A stretch of DNA of 64,000 bases from assembly GCA_964016885.1 (NCBI GenBank), contig OZ024741.1:117304001-117368000 (forward strand), written 5' to 3'. The stretch comes from Eledone cirrhosa (lineage: Eukaryota). The notes beneath the pieces were generated by a model. The model had not been told where the DNA came from, did not search any database, and was given only the letters and a program-made list of their open reading frames with translations. Shown piece after piece: positions 42,590 to 56,917 of this stretch (positions within the stretch are counted from its first letter, which is position 1; each line of letters starts with the position of its first letter). Made by a program: the position numbers and the translations under genes.

Positions 42590-43080
42590 AATAACTAGAG
42601 TTTTTAGTGTGCTACTAACGTCGTAACCAAGGTATCTAGTATGACACTCTAACGTAATAACTAGAGTATTTAGTGTGCCACTAACGTTGTAACCAAGGTA
42701 TTTATGTGTCACATTAACGTAGTTGCTAAGGAATTTAGTGGGTGACTTTAACGTAGCTACTAGGGTATTTAGTGTCCTATAGCATAGTAACTAAGATATT
42801 TAGTGTGTTACTTTAACGTAGTTACTAAGGTATTTACTGTGTCACTAAGATGTTTAGTGTTATTTTAACGTAGTTGCTAAGGTATTTAGTGTGTTATTTT
42901 GACGTAGTTACTAAGCTATATAGTGTCCCGTTAGCGTAGTAAGTAAAACATATAATCGCATTTAGTGTGTCAATCCACTGAAGTAACTAAGGTACTTAAA
43001 GTATCACTAACGTCGGAACTAAAGTATTTAGTGTGTCAGTAACGTCGTAAATAAGATATTTTGTGTTACTAACGATGTAA
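42590..43080 (+). repeat. degenerate ~32-bp minisatellite
   Basis: Recurring AACGTAGTAACTAAGGTATTTAGTGTGTCACT-like unit; resumes at about 43410-43470 after a SINE. Confidence 0.8.
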
Positions 43081-43082
43081 TT

Positions 43083-43405
43083 AGGCAGTGAATTGGCAGT
43101 CATTAGAATGCCAAATAGAACGCTTTACATGATTTGCTCCGACTCTCTGCTCTCTTAGTTCAAATCCCGCCAGGGTCAACATTGCCTTTCATTCTTTCGA
43201 GGTCGATAAAATAACTGTCAATCTAGTTCTGGGGGTCGATTCTTCCTCTATATCTCTTCCTCCCTTTCTATCCTTCTCTAGAAGAAATCTACTGTGATCA
43301 GACCTGGAGAGGAGATGAGCTCCGCCAGGCTTAAACATGCCCAAGAAACGCCGTATGTCACTACGGCGCCCCTACGACTCCAATAGGAGTTGTTGGCTCA
43401 AAGAG
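43083..43405 (+). mobile_element. SINE with family A-like head and structured 3' tail, inserted in the minisatellite
   Basis: AGTTCAAATCCCGCC B box; tail homologous to the reverse complement of 27087-27270. Confidence 0.75.
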
Positions 43406-43601
43406 AATAGAGTAACTAGGGTGTTTAGTGTGTCACTAACATCATGATATATTTAGTGTGACCACTTTACCTAATATATTAAGGTGCTACTCAGTTCTGC
43501 TACTTCGTCACTCGTTCAGTTGTTTAGATATCATTTTGAATTACCTCCATCATTTCTATCATTATCACTGTCTACAACCTCAGCATCACAACTAATCCTA
43601 C

Positions 43602-46600
43602 TATCACGTCATACTCCCCACACCTTTATCACGTCATACACCCCACACCTTTATCACGTCATACACCCTACACCTTTATCTCGTCATACACCCCACACCT
43701 TTATCACATCATACACCCCACACCTTTATCACGTCATACACCCAACACCTATATCACGTCATACACCCCACACCTTTATCACGTCATACACCCCACACCT
43801 ATATCACATCATACACCCCACACCTATATCACGTCATACACCCCACACCTTTATCACGTCATACACCCCACACCTTTATCACGTCATACACCCCACACCT
43901 TTATCACATCATACACCCCACACCTTTATCTCGTCATACACCCCACACCTTTATCACATCATACACCCCACACCTATATCACGTCATACACCCCACACAT
44001 TTATCACATCATACACCCCACACCTATATCACGTCATACACCCCACACCTATATCACGTCATACACCCCACACCTTTATCACGTCGTACACCACACACCT
44101 ATATCACGTCATACACCCCACACCTTTATTACGTCATACACCCCACACCTTTTTCACATCATACACCCCACACCTATATCACGTCATACACCCCACACCT
44201 TTATCACGTCATACTCCCCACACCTATATCACGTCATACACCCCACACCTTTATCACGTCATACACCCCACACCTATATCACGTCATACACCCCACACCT
44301 TTATCACGTCATACACGCCACACCTATATCACGTCATACACCCCCACACCTTTATCACATCGTACATCGCACACCTATATCACATCATACACCTCACACC
44401 TTTATCACGTCATACACCCCACACCTTTTTCACATCATACACCCCACACCTATATCACGTCATACACCCCACACCTTTATCACGTCGTACATCCCACACC
44501 TTTTTCACATCATACACCCCACACCTATATCGCGTCATACACCCCACACCTTTATCGCGTCGTACATCCCACACCTTTATCACGTCATACATCCCACACC
44601 TTTATCACATCATACACCCCACACCTATATCACGTCATACACCGCACACCTTTATCACGTCATACCCCCCACACCTTTATCACGTCATACACTCGACACC
44701 TTTATCACGTCCTACACCCCACACCTTTATCAAGTCATACTCCCCACACCTTTATCACGTCATACACCCCACACCTTTATCACGTCATACACCCCACACC
44801 TTTATCACGTCATACACCCCACACCTTTATCACGTCGTACACTACACACCTTTATCACGTCATACACCCCAACCCTTAATCACGTCATACACCCCACACT
44901 TTTATCACGTCATACATCCCACACCTTTATCACGTCGTATCCCCCACACCTTTATCACATCGTACACCCCACACCTTTATCACGTCATACACCCCACACT
45001 TTTATCACGTCATACATCCCACACCTTTATCACGTCATACACCCCACACCTTTATCACGTCATACACCACACACCTTTATCACGTCGTACACCACACACC
45101 TTTATCACGTCATACATTGCAAATCTTTATCACGTCGTACCACCCACAACTTTATCACGTCATACATCCCACACCTATATAACGTCATGCACCCCACACC
45201 TTTATCACGTCATACACCCCACACCTATATTACGTCATAACCCCACACTTTTATCACGTCGTACCCCGCACACATTTATCACGTCGTACATCCCACACCT
45301 TGATCACGTTGTACACCACACACCTTTATCACGTCATACACCCCACACATTTATCACGTCGTACACCCCACACCTTTATCACGTCATACACCCCACACCT
45401 TTATCACGTCATACACCCAACACCTATATCACGTCATACACCCCACACCTTTATCACATCATACATCACACACCTATATCACGTCATACACCCCACACCT
45501 ATATTACGTCATACACCCCACACCTTTATCACGTCATACACCCCACACCTATATCACGTCATACACCCCACACCTTTATCACGTCATACACCACACACCT
45601 TTATCACGTCATACACCCCACACCTTTCTGACGTCTTACATCCCACACCTATATCACGTCATATATCCCACACCTATATTACGTCATACACCCCACACCT
45701 TTATCACGACATACACCCCACACCTTTATCACGTCATACACCCAACACCTTTATCACGTCGTACACCTCACACCTTTATCACGTCATACACCCCAGACCT
45801 TTATCACATCATACATCGTACACCCCACACCTATATCACATCATCCACCCCAAACCTATATCACGTCATACACCCCACACCTTTATCACGTCATACACCC
45901 CACACCTTTATCACGTCATACATCCCACACATTTATCACGTCGTACACCCCACACCTATATACGTCATACACCCCACACCTATAATACGTCATACACCCC
46001 ACACCTTTATCACGTCATACACCCCACACCTTTATCACGTCGTACACCCCACACATTTATCACGTCATACACCCAACACCTTTATCACGTCGTACACCCC
46101 ACACCTTTATCACGTCATACACCCCACACCTTTATCACGTCGTACATCCCACACCTTTATCACGTCATACATCCCACACCTTTATCACATCATACACCCC
46201 ACACCTATATCACGTCATACACCCCACACCTTTATCAGGTCATACCCCCCACACCTTTATCACGTCATACACCCGACACCTTTATCACGTCCTACACCCC
46301 ACACCTTTATCACGTCATACTCCCCACACCTTTATCACGTCATACACCCCACACCTTTATCACGTCATACACCACACACATTTATCACGTCATACACCCC
46401 ACACCTTTATCACGTCATACACCGCACACCTTTATCACGTCGTACATCCCACACCTTTATCACGTCGTAGATCCCACACCTTTATCACGTCATACATCCC
46501 ACACCTTTATCACATCATACACCCCACACCTATATCACGTCATACACCCAACACCTTTATCACGTCGTACACCTCACACCTTTATCACGTCATACACCCC

Positions 46601-49600
46601 AGACCTTTATCACATCATACATCGTACACCCCACACCTATATCACATCATCCACCCCAAACCTATATCACGTCATACACCCCACACCTTTATCACGTCAT
46701 ACACCCCACACCTTTATCACGTCATACATCCCACACATTTATCATGTCGTACACCCCACACCTATATACGTCATACACCCCACACCTATAATACGTCATA
46801 CACCCCACACCTTTATCACGTCATACACCCCACACCTTTATCACGTCGTACACCCCACACATTTATCACGTCATACACCCAACACCTTTATCACGTCGTA
46901 CACCCCACACCTTTATCACGTCATACACCCCACATCTTTATCACGTCGTACATCCCACACCTTTATCACGTCATACATCCCACACCTTTATCACATCATA
47001 CACCCCACACCTATATCACGTCATACACTCCACACCTTTATCAGGTCATACCCCCCCACACCTTTATCACGTCATACACCCGACACCTTTATCACGTCCT
47101 ACACCCCACACCTTTATCACGTCATACTCCCCACACCTTTATCACGTCATACACCCCACACCTTTATCACGTCATACACCACACACATTTATCACGTCAT
47201 ACACCCCACACCTTTATCACGTCATACACCGCACACCTTTATCACGTCGTACATCCCACACATTTATCACGTCGTAGATCCCACACATTTATCACGTCAT
47301 ACATCCCACACCTTTATCACATCATACACCCCACACCTATATCACGTCATACACCCCACACCTTTATCACGTCATACCCCCCACACCTTTATCACGTCAT
47401 ACACCCGAGACCTTTATGACGTCCTACACCCCACACCTTTATCACGTCATACTGCCCACACCTTTATCACGTCATACACCCCACACCTTTATCACGTCAT
47501 ACACCACACACCTTTATCACGTCATACACCCCACACCTTTATCACGACATACACCCCACACCTTTATCACGTCGTACACTACACACCTTTATCACGTCAT
47601 ACACCCCAACCCTTAATCACGTCATACACCCCACACTTTTATCACGTCATACACCACACACCTTTATCACGTCGTACACCACACACCTTTATCACGTCAT
47701 ACATCCCACACCTTTATCACGTCGTACCCCCCACACCTTTATCACATCGTACACCCCACACCTTTATCACGTCATACACCCCACACTTTTATCACGTCAT
47801 ACATCCCACACCTTTATCACGTCATACACCCCACACCTTTATCACGTCATACACCACACACCTTTATCACGTCGTACACCACACACCTTTATCACGTCAT
47901 ACATCGCAAATGTTTATCACGTCGTACCCCCCACAACTTTATCACGTCATACATCCCACACCTATATAACGTCATACACCCCACACCTTTATCACGTCAT
48001 ACACCCCACACCTATATTACGTCATACCCCCACACCTTTATCACGTCGTACCCCGCACACATTTATCACGTCGTACATCCCACACCTTTATCACGTTGTA
48101 CACCACACACCTTTATCACGTCATACACCCCACACATTTATCACGTCGTACACCCCACACCTTTATCACGTCATACACCCCACACCTTTATCACGTCATA
48201 CACCCAACACCTATATCACGTCATACACCCCACACCTTTATCACATCATACATCACACACCTATATCACGTCATACACCCCACACCTTTATCACGTCATA
48301 CACCCCATACCTATATCACGTCATACACCCCACACCTTTATCACGTCATACACCACACACCTTTATCACGTCATACACCCCACACCTTTATCACGTCTTA
48401 CATCCCACACCTATATCACGTCATATATCCCACACCGATATTACGTCATACACCCCAAACCTATATCACGTCATACACCCCACACCTTTATCACGTCATA
48501 CACCCCACACCTTTATCACGTCATACATCCCACACATTTATCACGTCGTACACCCCACACCTATATACGTCATACACCCCACACCTATAATACGTCATAC
48601 ACCCCACACCTTTATCACGTCATACACCCCACACCTTTATCACGTCGTACACCCCACACCTTTATCACGTCATACACCCAACACCTTTATCACGTCGTAC
48701 ACCCCACACCTTTATCACGTCATACACCCCAGACCTTTATCACATCATACATCGTACACCCCACACCTATATCACATCATCCACCCCAAACCTATATCAC
48801 GTCATACACCCCATACCTTTCTCACGTCATATATCCCACACCTATATCATGTCATACACCCCACACCTATATCACATCATCCACCCCAAACCTATATCAC
48901 GTCATACACCCCATACCTTTCTCACGTCATACATCCCACACCTATATCACGTCATACACCACACACCTTTATCACGTCGTACACCCCACACCTTTATCAC
49001 GTCATACATCCCACACCTTTATCACGTCATACATCCCACACCTTTATCACGTCATACCCCCACACCTTTATCACATCATACATCACACACCTTTATCACG
49101 TCATACATCCCAAACCTTTATCACGTCATACACCCCACACCTTTATCACGTCATACCCCCACACCTTTATCACATCATACATCACACACCTTTATCACGT
49201 CATACCCCCACACCTTTATCACATCATACATCACACACCTTTATCACGTCATACATCCCAAACCTTTATCACGTCATACCCCCACACCTTTATCACATCA
49301 TACATCCCACACCTTTATCACGTCATACACCCCACACCTTTATCACGTCATACACCCCACACCTTTATCACGTCATACATCCCAAACCTTTATCACGTCA
49401 TACACCCCACACCTTTATCACGTCATACACCCCACACCTTTATCACGTCATACATCCCACACCTTTATCACGTCGTACACCCCACACCTATATACGTCAT
49501 ACACCCCACACCTTTATCACGTCATACACCCCACACCTTTATCACGTCGTACACCCCACACCTTTATCACGTAATACACCCCATACCTTTATCACGTCAT

Positions 49601-50497
49601 ACACCCCACACCTATATCACGTCATACACCCCACACTTTTATCACGTCGTACATCCCACACCTTTATCACGTCATACACCCCACACCCTTATCAGGACAT
49701 ACACCCCACACCTTTATCACGTCATACACCCCACACCTATATCACGTCATACACCCCACACCTATATCACGTCATACACCCCACACCCTTATCAGGACAT
49801 AGACCCCACACCTTTATCACGTCATACACCCCACACCTATATCACGTCATACACCCCACACCTTTATCACGTCATACACCCCACACCCTTATCAGGACAT
49901 ACACCCCACACTTTTATCACGTCATACCCCCACACCTATATCACGTCATACATCCCACACCTTTATCACGTCATACACCCGACACCTTTATCACGACATA
50001 TATCCCACACCTATATCACGTCATACACCCCACACCTTTATCACGTCATACCCCCACACCTTTATCACATCATACACCCCACACCTTTATCACGTCATAC
50101 CCCCACACATTTATCACGTCATACACCCCACACCTTTATCACGTCATACCCCCACACCTTTATCACATCATAGACCCCACACCTTTATCACGTCATACCC
50201 CCACACCTTTATCACGTCATACATCCCACACCTTTATCACGTCATACACCCCACACCTATATCACGTCATACACCCCACACCTTTATCACGTCATACATC
50301 CCACACCTATATCACGTCATACACCCCACACCTTTATCACGTCATACATCCCACACCTTTATCACGTCATACACCCCACACCTATATCACGTCATACATC
50401 CCACACCTTTATCACGACATATATCCCACACTTATATCACGTCATACACCCCACACCTTTATCATTACATATATCCCACACTTATATCACGTCGTAC
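43602..50497 (+). repeat. 25-bp satellite array (TTTATCACGTCATACACCCCACACC)n, ~6.9 kb
   Basis: Continuous tandem array of about 275 units (length/25). Confidence 0.98.
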
Positions 50498-50611
50498 AAC
50501 ACACCCCATACATCATTCACTACACATCAGTCACTAAGCATTATACGTCAAACACATCACGCTGCATATGACACATAAACGGGCAAGTATCTCATATGAT
50601 GATGATAATAA

Positions 50612-50925
50612 TAATTGTTTCTACTTTAGGCACAAGGCCAGCAATTATCGCTGTACATTACTGGTACTTATTATTTTATTTTATTTTATCGACCCTGTAA
50701 GGATGAAAGGCAAAGTTAACCTCGGCGGGATTTGAACTCAGAATGGCAAGGGCCGTAACTCTATGCGTCAAAGCATGGTGTTCGACCCTCTACAGATACT
50801 GCCAATCCACCGTTCTACTATAGGCAATTTTGGGAGAGGGGGGAAAGTCGATTAAATCGACCCCAGTGCATTACTGGTGCTTTATTTTATCGACTTTGTA
50901 ATGAAGAAAGACAAAGCTTATCTAA
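50612..50925 (-). mobile_element. SINE family A copy plus adjacent fragment
   Basis: Consensus match 50612-50811 and partial 50815-50925. Confidence 0.85.
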
Positions 50926-51123
50926 ATTTCTTTTTATTGACTACAAGGGCCCACGGCTTTTGGGGCAATACAAAAACGAAAAACAACAGAGTAGGGTTTA
51001 CATCGAATAAAGAATAAGGAAAGGGAATAATGATGATAATAACAATATCTTTAATAAAGATGAGGAGAAGGGTTATGATGGTTGTGATGATTTTAAGTTA
51101 TTTTATTGCCAGTCTGGTGATAA

Positions 51124-51470
51124 TAATTGTTCCTACTTTTGGCACAAGGCCAGCAATTACCCAGTGCATTACTGGTACTTTATTTTATCGACCCCGTAAG
51201 GATGAAAGGCAAAGTTAACCTCGGTTAAAGTTATCACCAGTCTGGTGATAATAATGGTTTCTTATATAGGCACAAGGCCAACAATTTTGGGGGAGCGGAA
51301 AGTCGATTTAATCGGCCCCAGTGCTTGACTGGTATTTTATTTTATCGACCCCGTAAGGATGAAAGGCACTGTTAAACTCGGCGGGATTTGAACTCAGATC
51401 ATGATGTGCCATAACTCTATGCTGCAAAGCATGGCATCTGACCCTCTACCGATACTGCCAATCCACCGCC
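51124..51470 (-). mobile_element. two adjacent SINE family A copies
   Basis: Truncated 51124-51224 and full 51255-51470; GTCTGGTGATAATAAT repeated at the three junctions. Confidence 0.85.
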
Positions 51471-51830
51471 CTGGGTCTGGTGATAATAATAATGATGAGG
51501 GTGGTGGTGTATGGTGAAAATACCTTTGGTGATGGCGATGCATCGCATAACGCATGCAGTGCATAACGCTTATGCATCTCAGAACACATGCAACACATAT
51601 CAACATACTATACATATATCATATACATCGTATTCAACATACTTCATATATATAACATACATATCATAATACATAACTTTTCAGTGAAGTCAACCACTTC
51701 ATGTTAGCAAATGTCAGTGGAAATATACGAGTTACAGTCGAGAAGTTAAGAAGGTTGGGGTGGTAGGCGAGTAGTCTAGCATTCGGGAGCGGGGTCCAAG
51801 GTGGAGGGTCCAGGTGTGTTATGGGTACGA

Positions 51831-51944
<114 letters not shown>

Positions 51945-52004
51945 ATGTATACGTGTATGGCTGCTGTCGTTTATTTATCAAATATTTCTTCATAGGAGCC
52001 TTTT

Positions 52005-52690
52005 GGCATACGTTAAGACGGGCGTCCCGGAGAGTGAAAGTAAATTTATTTTCATTTTCGAACGTCGTGTTTACATTTTGTGTGTGTGTTTAGATCTAAA
52101 TTAGTGTCGTTTTAACTGATTATATATATATATGTATATGTGTGTGTGTGTGTAGTTGACGGTTGAGAGAAGAGTACTCAATACCGAAGTAATCTTGTAA
52201 TGAGGCTTGCAGAATGGTGAGTCCGACATTCTAGACGCTGCTGCCTTGTAGAAGTCCCAAATCGAAGCTCTGACACTCTCGTCCCCATCATTCAGCAGGG
52301 ATTTTGCCAGGCTGCCGCATCATCTCCGATGGTTAGGCTTCCTATTTGGAAATTGAAGGTGGGATTTACGTTCATGATGTTGTGGTGCACGAACGGAACT
52401 TTGTAGATCCTGCGGACCTTGATGTGCACACACAGCTCATAAAGAACACATGGAGCCGTGCAAAGAAGAAGCTTCGTCGCCAGCATGTGCAAGCCTCATT
52501 ACAAGATTACTTCGGTATTGAGTACTCTTCTCTCAACCGTCAACTACACACACACACATATACATATATATATAATCAGTTAAAACGACACTAATTTAGA
52601 TCTAAACACACACACAAAATGTAAACACGACGTTCGAAAATGAAAATAAATTTACTTTCACTTTCCGGGACGCCCGTCTTAACGTATGCC
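52005..52690 (+). mobile_element. Merlin (IS1595/ISXO2-like) DNA transposon deletion derivative
   Basis: About 205-bp TIRs (52005-52211, 52488-52690) starting GG; 9-bp TSD GAGCCTTTT; internal VPNRSSDTLVPIIQQ/ILPG..IISDG*..Y/H.VV.HERNFVDP...VHTQ.I.NTWSRAK. Confidence 0.9.
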
Positions 52691-52849
52691 GAGCCTTTTA
52701 ATCTTATAGCCTGGTCTAATTGATTTTTTATGTGGTTAATTATGCTAATTGGGAGAAGAAATGGTGTATATATTATCAAATGATTCTATGGACATACTTT
52801 ATGATATATATATATATATAGATGTAATCTGAGTTTTTCGAATATTAAT

Positions 52850-53040
52850 AATTGTTTCTACTTTTGGTACAAGGCCAGTAATTAAATCAGTGTATTACTG
52901 GTACTTTATTTTATCGACCACGTAAGGATGAAAAGCAAAGTTAACCTCGGCAGGATTTGAACTCAGACCATAAGGGGCCGTAACTCTATGCTGCAAAGCA
53001 TAGCGTCAAACCCTCTAGCGATATTGCCAATCCACCGCCC
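52850..53040 (-). mobile_element. SINE family A with ~17-bp TSD
   Basis: TTTTCGAATATTAATAA on both sides (52835, 53041). Confidence 0.9.
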
Positions 53041-53232
53041 TTTTCGAATATTAATAATAACATTCGATTCGTTTGCAATTATGCAAACAAGCCTCATTTT
53101 TATAGCCATGTCAGTAGAATGAACTCTTCATTCTTGCTCTTGTGTTGGTATGTAAACAATCGAATGTTATTATTAATATTCGAAAAACTCACATTACATT
53201 TATTGTATTCAGCCATGTAGAGCGAAATTTTT

Positions 53233-53292
<60 letters not shown>

Positions 53293-53473
53293 ATATATAT
53301 GTATGTATATATGTATATATATATATGTATGTACATATGTATATATATGTATATATGTAAATGTGTATGTATATATATGTTTTTATATATAAATACACAT
53401 GAAGGCGAACTAGCCAGTTTTAGAATCCCCTTTTTCGGACTATATTACTGTGAGAGCCCTGGTTTTCTGTTGA

Positions 53474-53555
53474 GCTCTGCTGATGAATGATATTCCAACC
53501 GTGACCATCTCCACTGAAAGTTTTCATGAAATAGTCTTTTAAGACTATACAGAGC
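53474..53555 (+). ncRNA. type I hammerhead ribozyme motif (copy 1)
   Basis: gctctg CTGATGA atga...tcat GAAA tagtctt-tt-aagacta TA cagagc. Confidence 0.88.
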
Positions 53556-54102
53556 ATTTGATGTTATTCCAAATTGAAGGATAAGTGTTTCAAACTTTGT
53601 TTTATCATGAGTTAAAGGTCTATAGATTTTTCCATGGATTTTACTAAATTCTGTGGATGAATTTGTATCCTGATTCTCTTTTGAGATGAGTTTGAGTTAT
53701 TTTTCCTAAATCTTTCATTAACTACTTTTCCCATCTTGACGTTATAGTCGCATATATGTTATAGAATGCCGTTAGCTTCTTGCTAAAACAATCTCTATAC
53801 GTCTCATTTATATTTATACTCGGATTCTTTTCCTAGAGTGCTTAAACTATCTGTGACTAATCCCGGTTTTTTTCATAAAAACTGTGATAATTATTGCTAT
53901 TTTGCTGAACTCCTTGTAGAGTTTTTTTCAGAATGTATTTGACTGCTATTTCTTGTAAATAAACATTCACTTCCATCCTGACGTCACTAGCCCCGTTTTT
54001 TCCTCATGTGCTTTTTCATAAATACACATGAAGGCGAACTAGCCAGTTTTAGAATCCCCTTTTTCGGACTATATTACTGTGAGAGCCCTGGTTTTCTGTT
54101 GA

Positions 54103-54184
54103 GCTCTGCTGATGAATGATATTCCAACCGTGACCATCTCCACTGAAAGTTTTCATGAAATAGTCTTTTAAGACTATACAGAGC
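54103..54184 (+). ncRNA. type I hammerhead ribozyme motif (copy 2)
   Basis: Identical to 53474-53555, 629 nt downstream. Confidence 0.88.
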
Positions 54185-54554
54185 ATTTGATGTTATTCCA
54201 AATTGAAGGATAAGTGTTTCAAACTTTGTTTTATCATGAGTTAAAGGTCTATAGATTTTTCCATGGATTTTACTAAATTCTGTGGATGAATTTGTATCCT
54301 GATTCTCTTTTGAGATGAGTTTGAGTTATTTTTCCTAAATCTTTCGTTAACTACTTTTCCCATCTTGACGTTATAGTCGCATATATGTTATAGAATGCCG
54401 TTAGCTTCTTGCTAAAACAATCTCTATACGTCTCATTTATATATATATATATATATTTGCGTGTGTATGCGTGTGTATATATTATGCGTATATATATATA
54501 TATATATGGATATATATAGATATGTATATACATACACATATATCCACTCGAGCC

Positions 54555-55199
54555 CTATATTCTTTGAAAGTCTTCTCCAGCTGAGATTTTCCTGCACCTT
54601 CCTTCGAGCATGACATGAACTTGTCTAGACATGCTTACTTTTCCCTTAGAAGGCTTTCCACTAGTGGTTCATTTGCAGTAAGCCAGCCCTGATGTTTTTT
54701 CTGCATAACCCAAAGTCGTGGCAGCTGCCTCATAAGGTTGTTTGCTGAAAGACAGACATGCATCATCACTGTTAGCAACTTCAATTTGCTTAACTGCTTC
54801 TTGAAATTTCTTTCGTTTTTCTGGGCAGGTGAATTGTGAAACGTTTTTACGTCTCTGCACCCTGACATCACCATGCCTCATCTTCTTCCGCACACGAACA
54901 GTTTCTTTTAGGAACCGGTAGTCTGTCTAACATCCTGCGTCTCTCAAGCAACAGATAATCTGGCATCCCGCTAATCGTTACGTCTTACAGTGACATAATC
55001 AAAAATATGCCAATGTACTTGTTCTTCTGTCAGAACCATGCGTTTCTTATGACACGATTAAATTCCTGGCACACCTGTAACAGGAGAAGTCCGTTTCCAT
55101 TGCATTTTCCAATTCCATGACGTCTTATACTGCTCCCTGTAGTAAAGTCACACCCAACACGAGCATTCAAATCACCTAACACTATAAGTTTGTCATCTC
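54555..55199 (-). pseudogene. RTE-clade LINE APE endonuclease/linker fragment (inverted segment)
   Basis: Minus strand DDKLIVLGDLNARVG...RHGIGKCNGNGLLLL..C.EF; downstream decayed linker. Confidence 0.85.
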
Positions 55200-55202
55200 T
55201 AT

Positions 55203-56215
55203 GTGTGTGACAACCACCGTGGTATCACTCTACTATCAGTTATTGGTAAAATCCTTACCAGGACCCTTGTTAATCGTCTGCTAATGTACATTGCACTCAA
55301 CATTCTGCCGGAATCTCAGTGTGGTTTCCGTCTATCGGGGCACTACAGATATGATCTTCACGGCATGGTAGATGCAGAAGTGTAAGGAGAAAGAGTTTGA
55401 TTTGTACAATTGCTTTATTGATCTCACGAAAGCCTTTGACACAGTCTTTACAGGGTTTATACGTTCATTGCAGGATGACATGAGAGCATGGTCTGTGTCA
55501 ATTGTGAGACAGGTGATGCTTGCATATATATATATGTTATCGAGCTACAGGAAGGCTTTTTAACATCCGACGATTCCTCGTTACATCAAAAACTTATATC
55601 ACACTGGTACGCGATCTTCTTTATGCAGACAACTGTGATCTTGTTAGCCACACAGAAGATGACCTGATGGGTTGCTTCTCGGCAGCATGTGATGAATTTG
55701 GGCTGACAATCAGCCTGAAAAAGACAGTCGTGATGCACCAGCTTGGAAAGCCATATATTCCTCCATCTATATCTGTCAAAGTGAAAATATTGATGGTTGT
55801 GGATAAGTTTGTTTACCTGGGTAGAACTCTTCCCAGCACCAGCACCCTTGATGAAGAAGTAAGATACCGGCTGTCTAAAGCTTCCGATGCTTTTGGTAAG
55901 CTGGAAAAGCGCCTGTGATCAGAGTCAGATATCAGTGTGCGCACGAAAGTCGAAGTGTATCAGACATGTGTGCTTACAGTGCTGCTCTATGGATGTGAGA
56001 CATATCCAGCGTCTCGAACGTTTCCACCAACAATGCTCGCGCTCCATCCACAAAATCTGATGGAGGCCTCATACACCAGACACTGATGTGCTGCTGCTGG
56101 CCTGTATGCCAAGCATCGAGAGCATGCTCATGAAACAGCACCTCCGGTGGACAGGTCATACAGTAAGTTCTGTATGGTGAATTGTTGCAAGGCAAACGCT
56201 TATAGTGCAAACCAC
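55203..56215 (+). pseudogene. RTE-clade (BovB-like) LINE reverse transcriptase fragment
   Basis: CDNHRGITLLSVIGKILTR; LPESQCGFR; FIDLTKAFDTV; DLLYADNC; FGLTISLKKT; VDKFVYLG; KAS.AFGKL; disrupted. Confidence 0.93.
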
Positions 56216-56395
56216 ACATATGAATGTATTAGCAATGCGAAATTATCGTACACACAATTTTTTCAAAGTTTGTATTACTTCATTATCTAAGCTTTCATAG
56301 ACCACCAACACTTACAATGACCCCTGACATGCACAAATCAGCATATCGTTTCCACTTGAGGATGTTGCTTAATGAAGTTAGAGGCCATCAATGGT

Positions 56396-56876
56396 TGGCC
56401 GGGTGTACCGAAAACGATAAATGGAAAAAATGAAATTTCATTTCTCACTCTTAGTATGGCTGGTACTTAAATATAAGTATGTATACGTACATACATATAT
56501 GTATACATACGTACAGTAGTATATACATACGGCCGACTAACTCACTCGATATGAAAATTACGCTGCTCAGCCGTTAATATGCATAAGGAAAGTATATAAT
56601 TTCAAACGTTCAATCGACTGACAGGAAGGTATACGGTGCTGATGACAGCTAATAAGCTAGAAACTAGTTCATCGTTCCTTTGTCAGTGTTGAACAAAAGG
56701 GCAACGATGGTTGCCGAACACTGTACATCTTAATTCGGGGTATTTGTTTACAAACAAACAGCATTATAATAAATGTTCGGTAAACCCATACGTACATATA
56801 TATATGTGTGTGCATGTATGTATGTATATACATACAACTGTACGTCTGTATACATATATGTATGTACGTATACACA

Positions 56877-56880
<4 letters not shown>
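56396..56880. mobile_element. second copy of the ~427-nt retrozyme-like family with inverted 5' part
   Basis: 56396-56520 is inverted; 56530-56880 is colinear with 25650-25730 followed by 25305-25572; ends in (TA)n. Confidence 0.85.
56633..56675 (+). ncRNA. type I minimal hammerhead motif
   Basis: acggtg CTGATGA c-agct-aata-agct-a GAAA ctag TT catcgt. Confidence 0.8.

Positions 56881-56917
<37 letters not shown>

Larger units (their letters stand above)
53389..54442 (+). mobile_element. retrozyme-like element: 629-nt period, ~1.7 tandem copies, in (TA)n
   Basis: 53389-53813 is repeated almost identically at 54018-54442; a hammerhead in each copy. Confidence 0.85.

Noticed and set aside
43484-49574. 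ORFs of 715, 889 and 241 aa (HTPHTFITSYTPHLYHVIHPTPLSR repeats)
   Set aside because: Translation of the 25-bp satellite, whose consensus lacks plus-strand stops in all frames; no evidence of a gene
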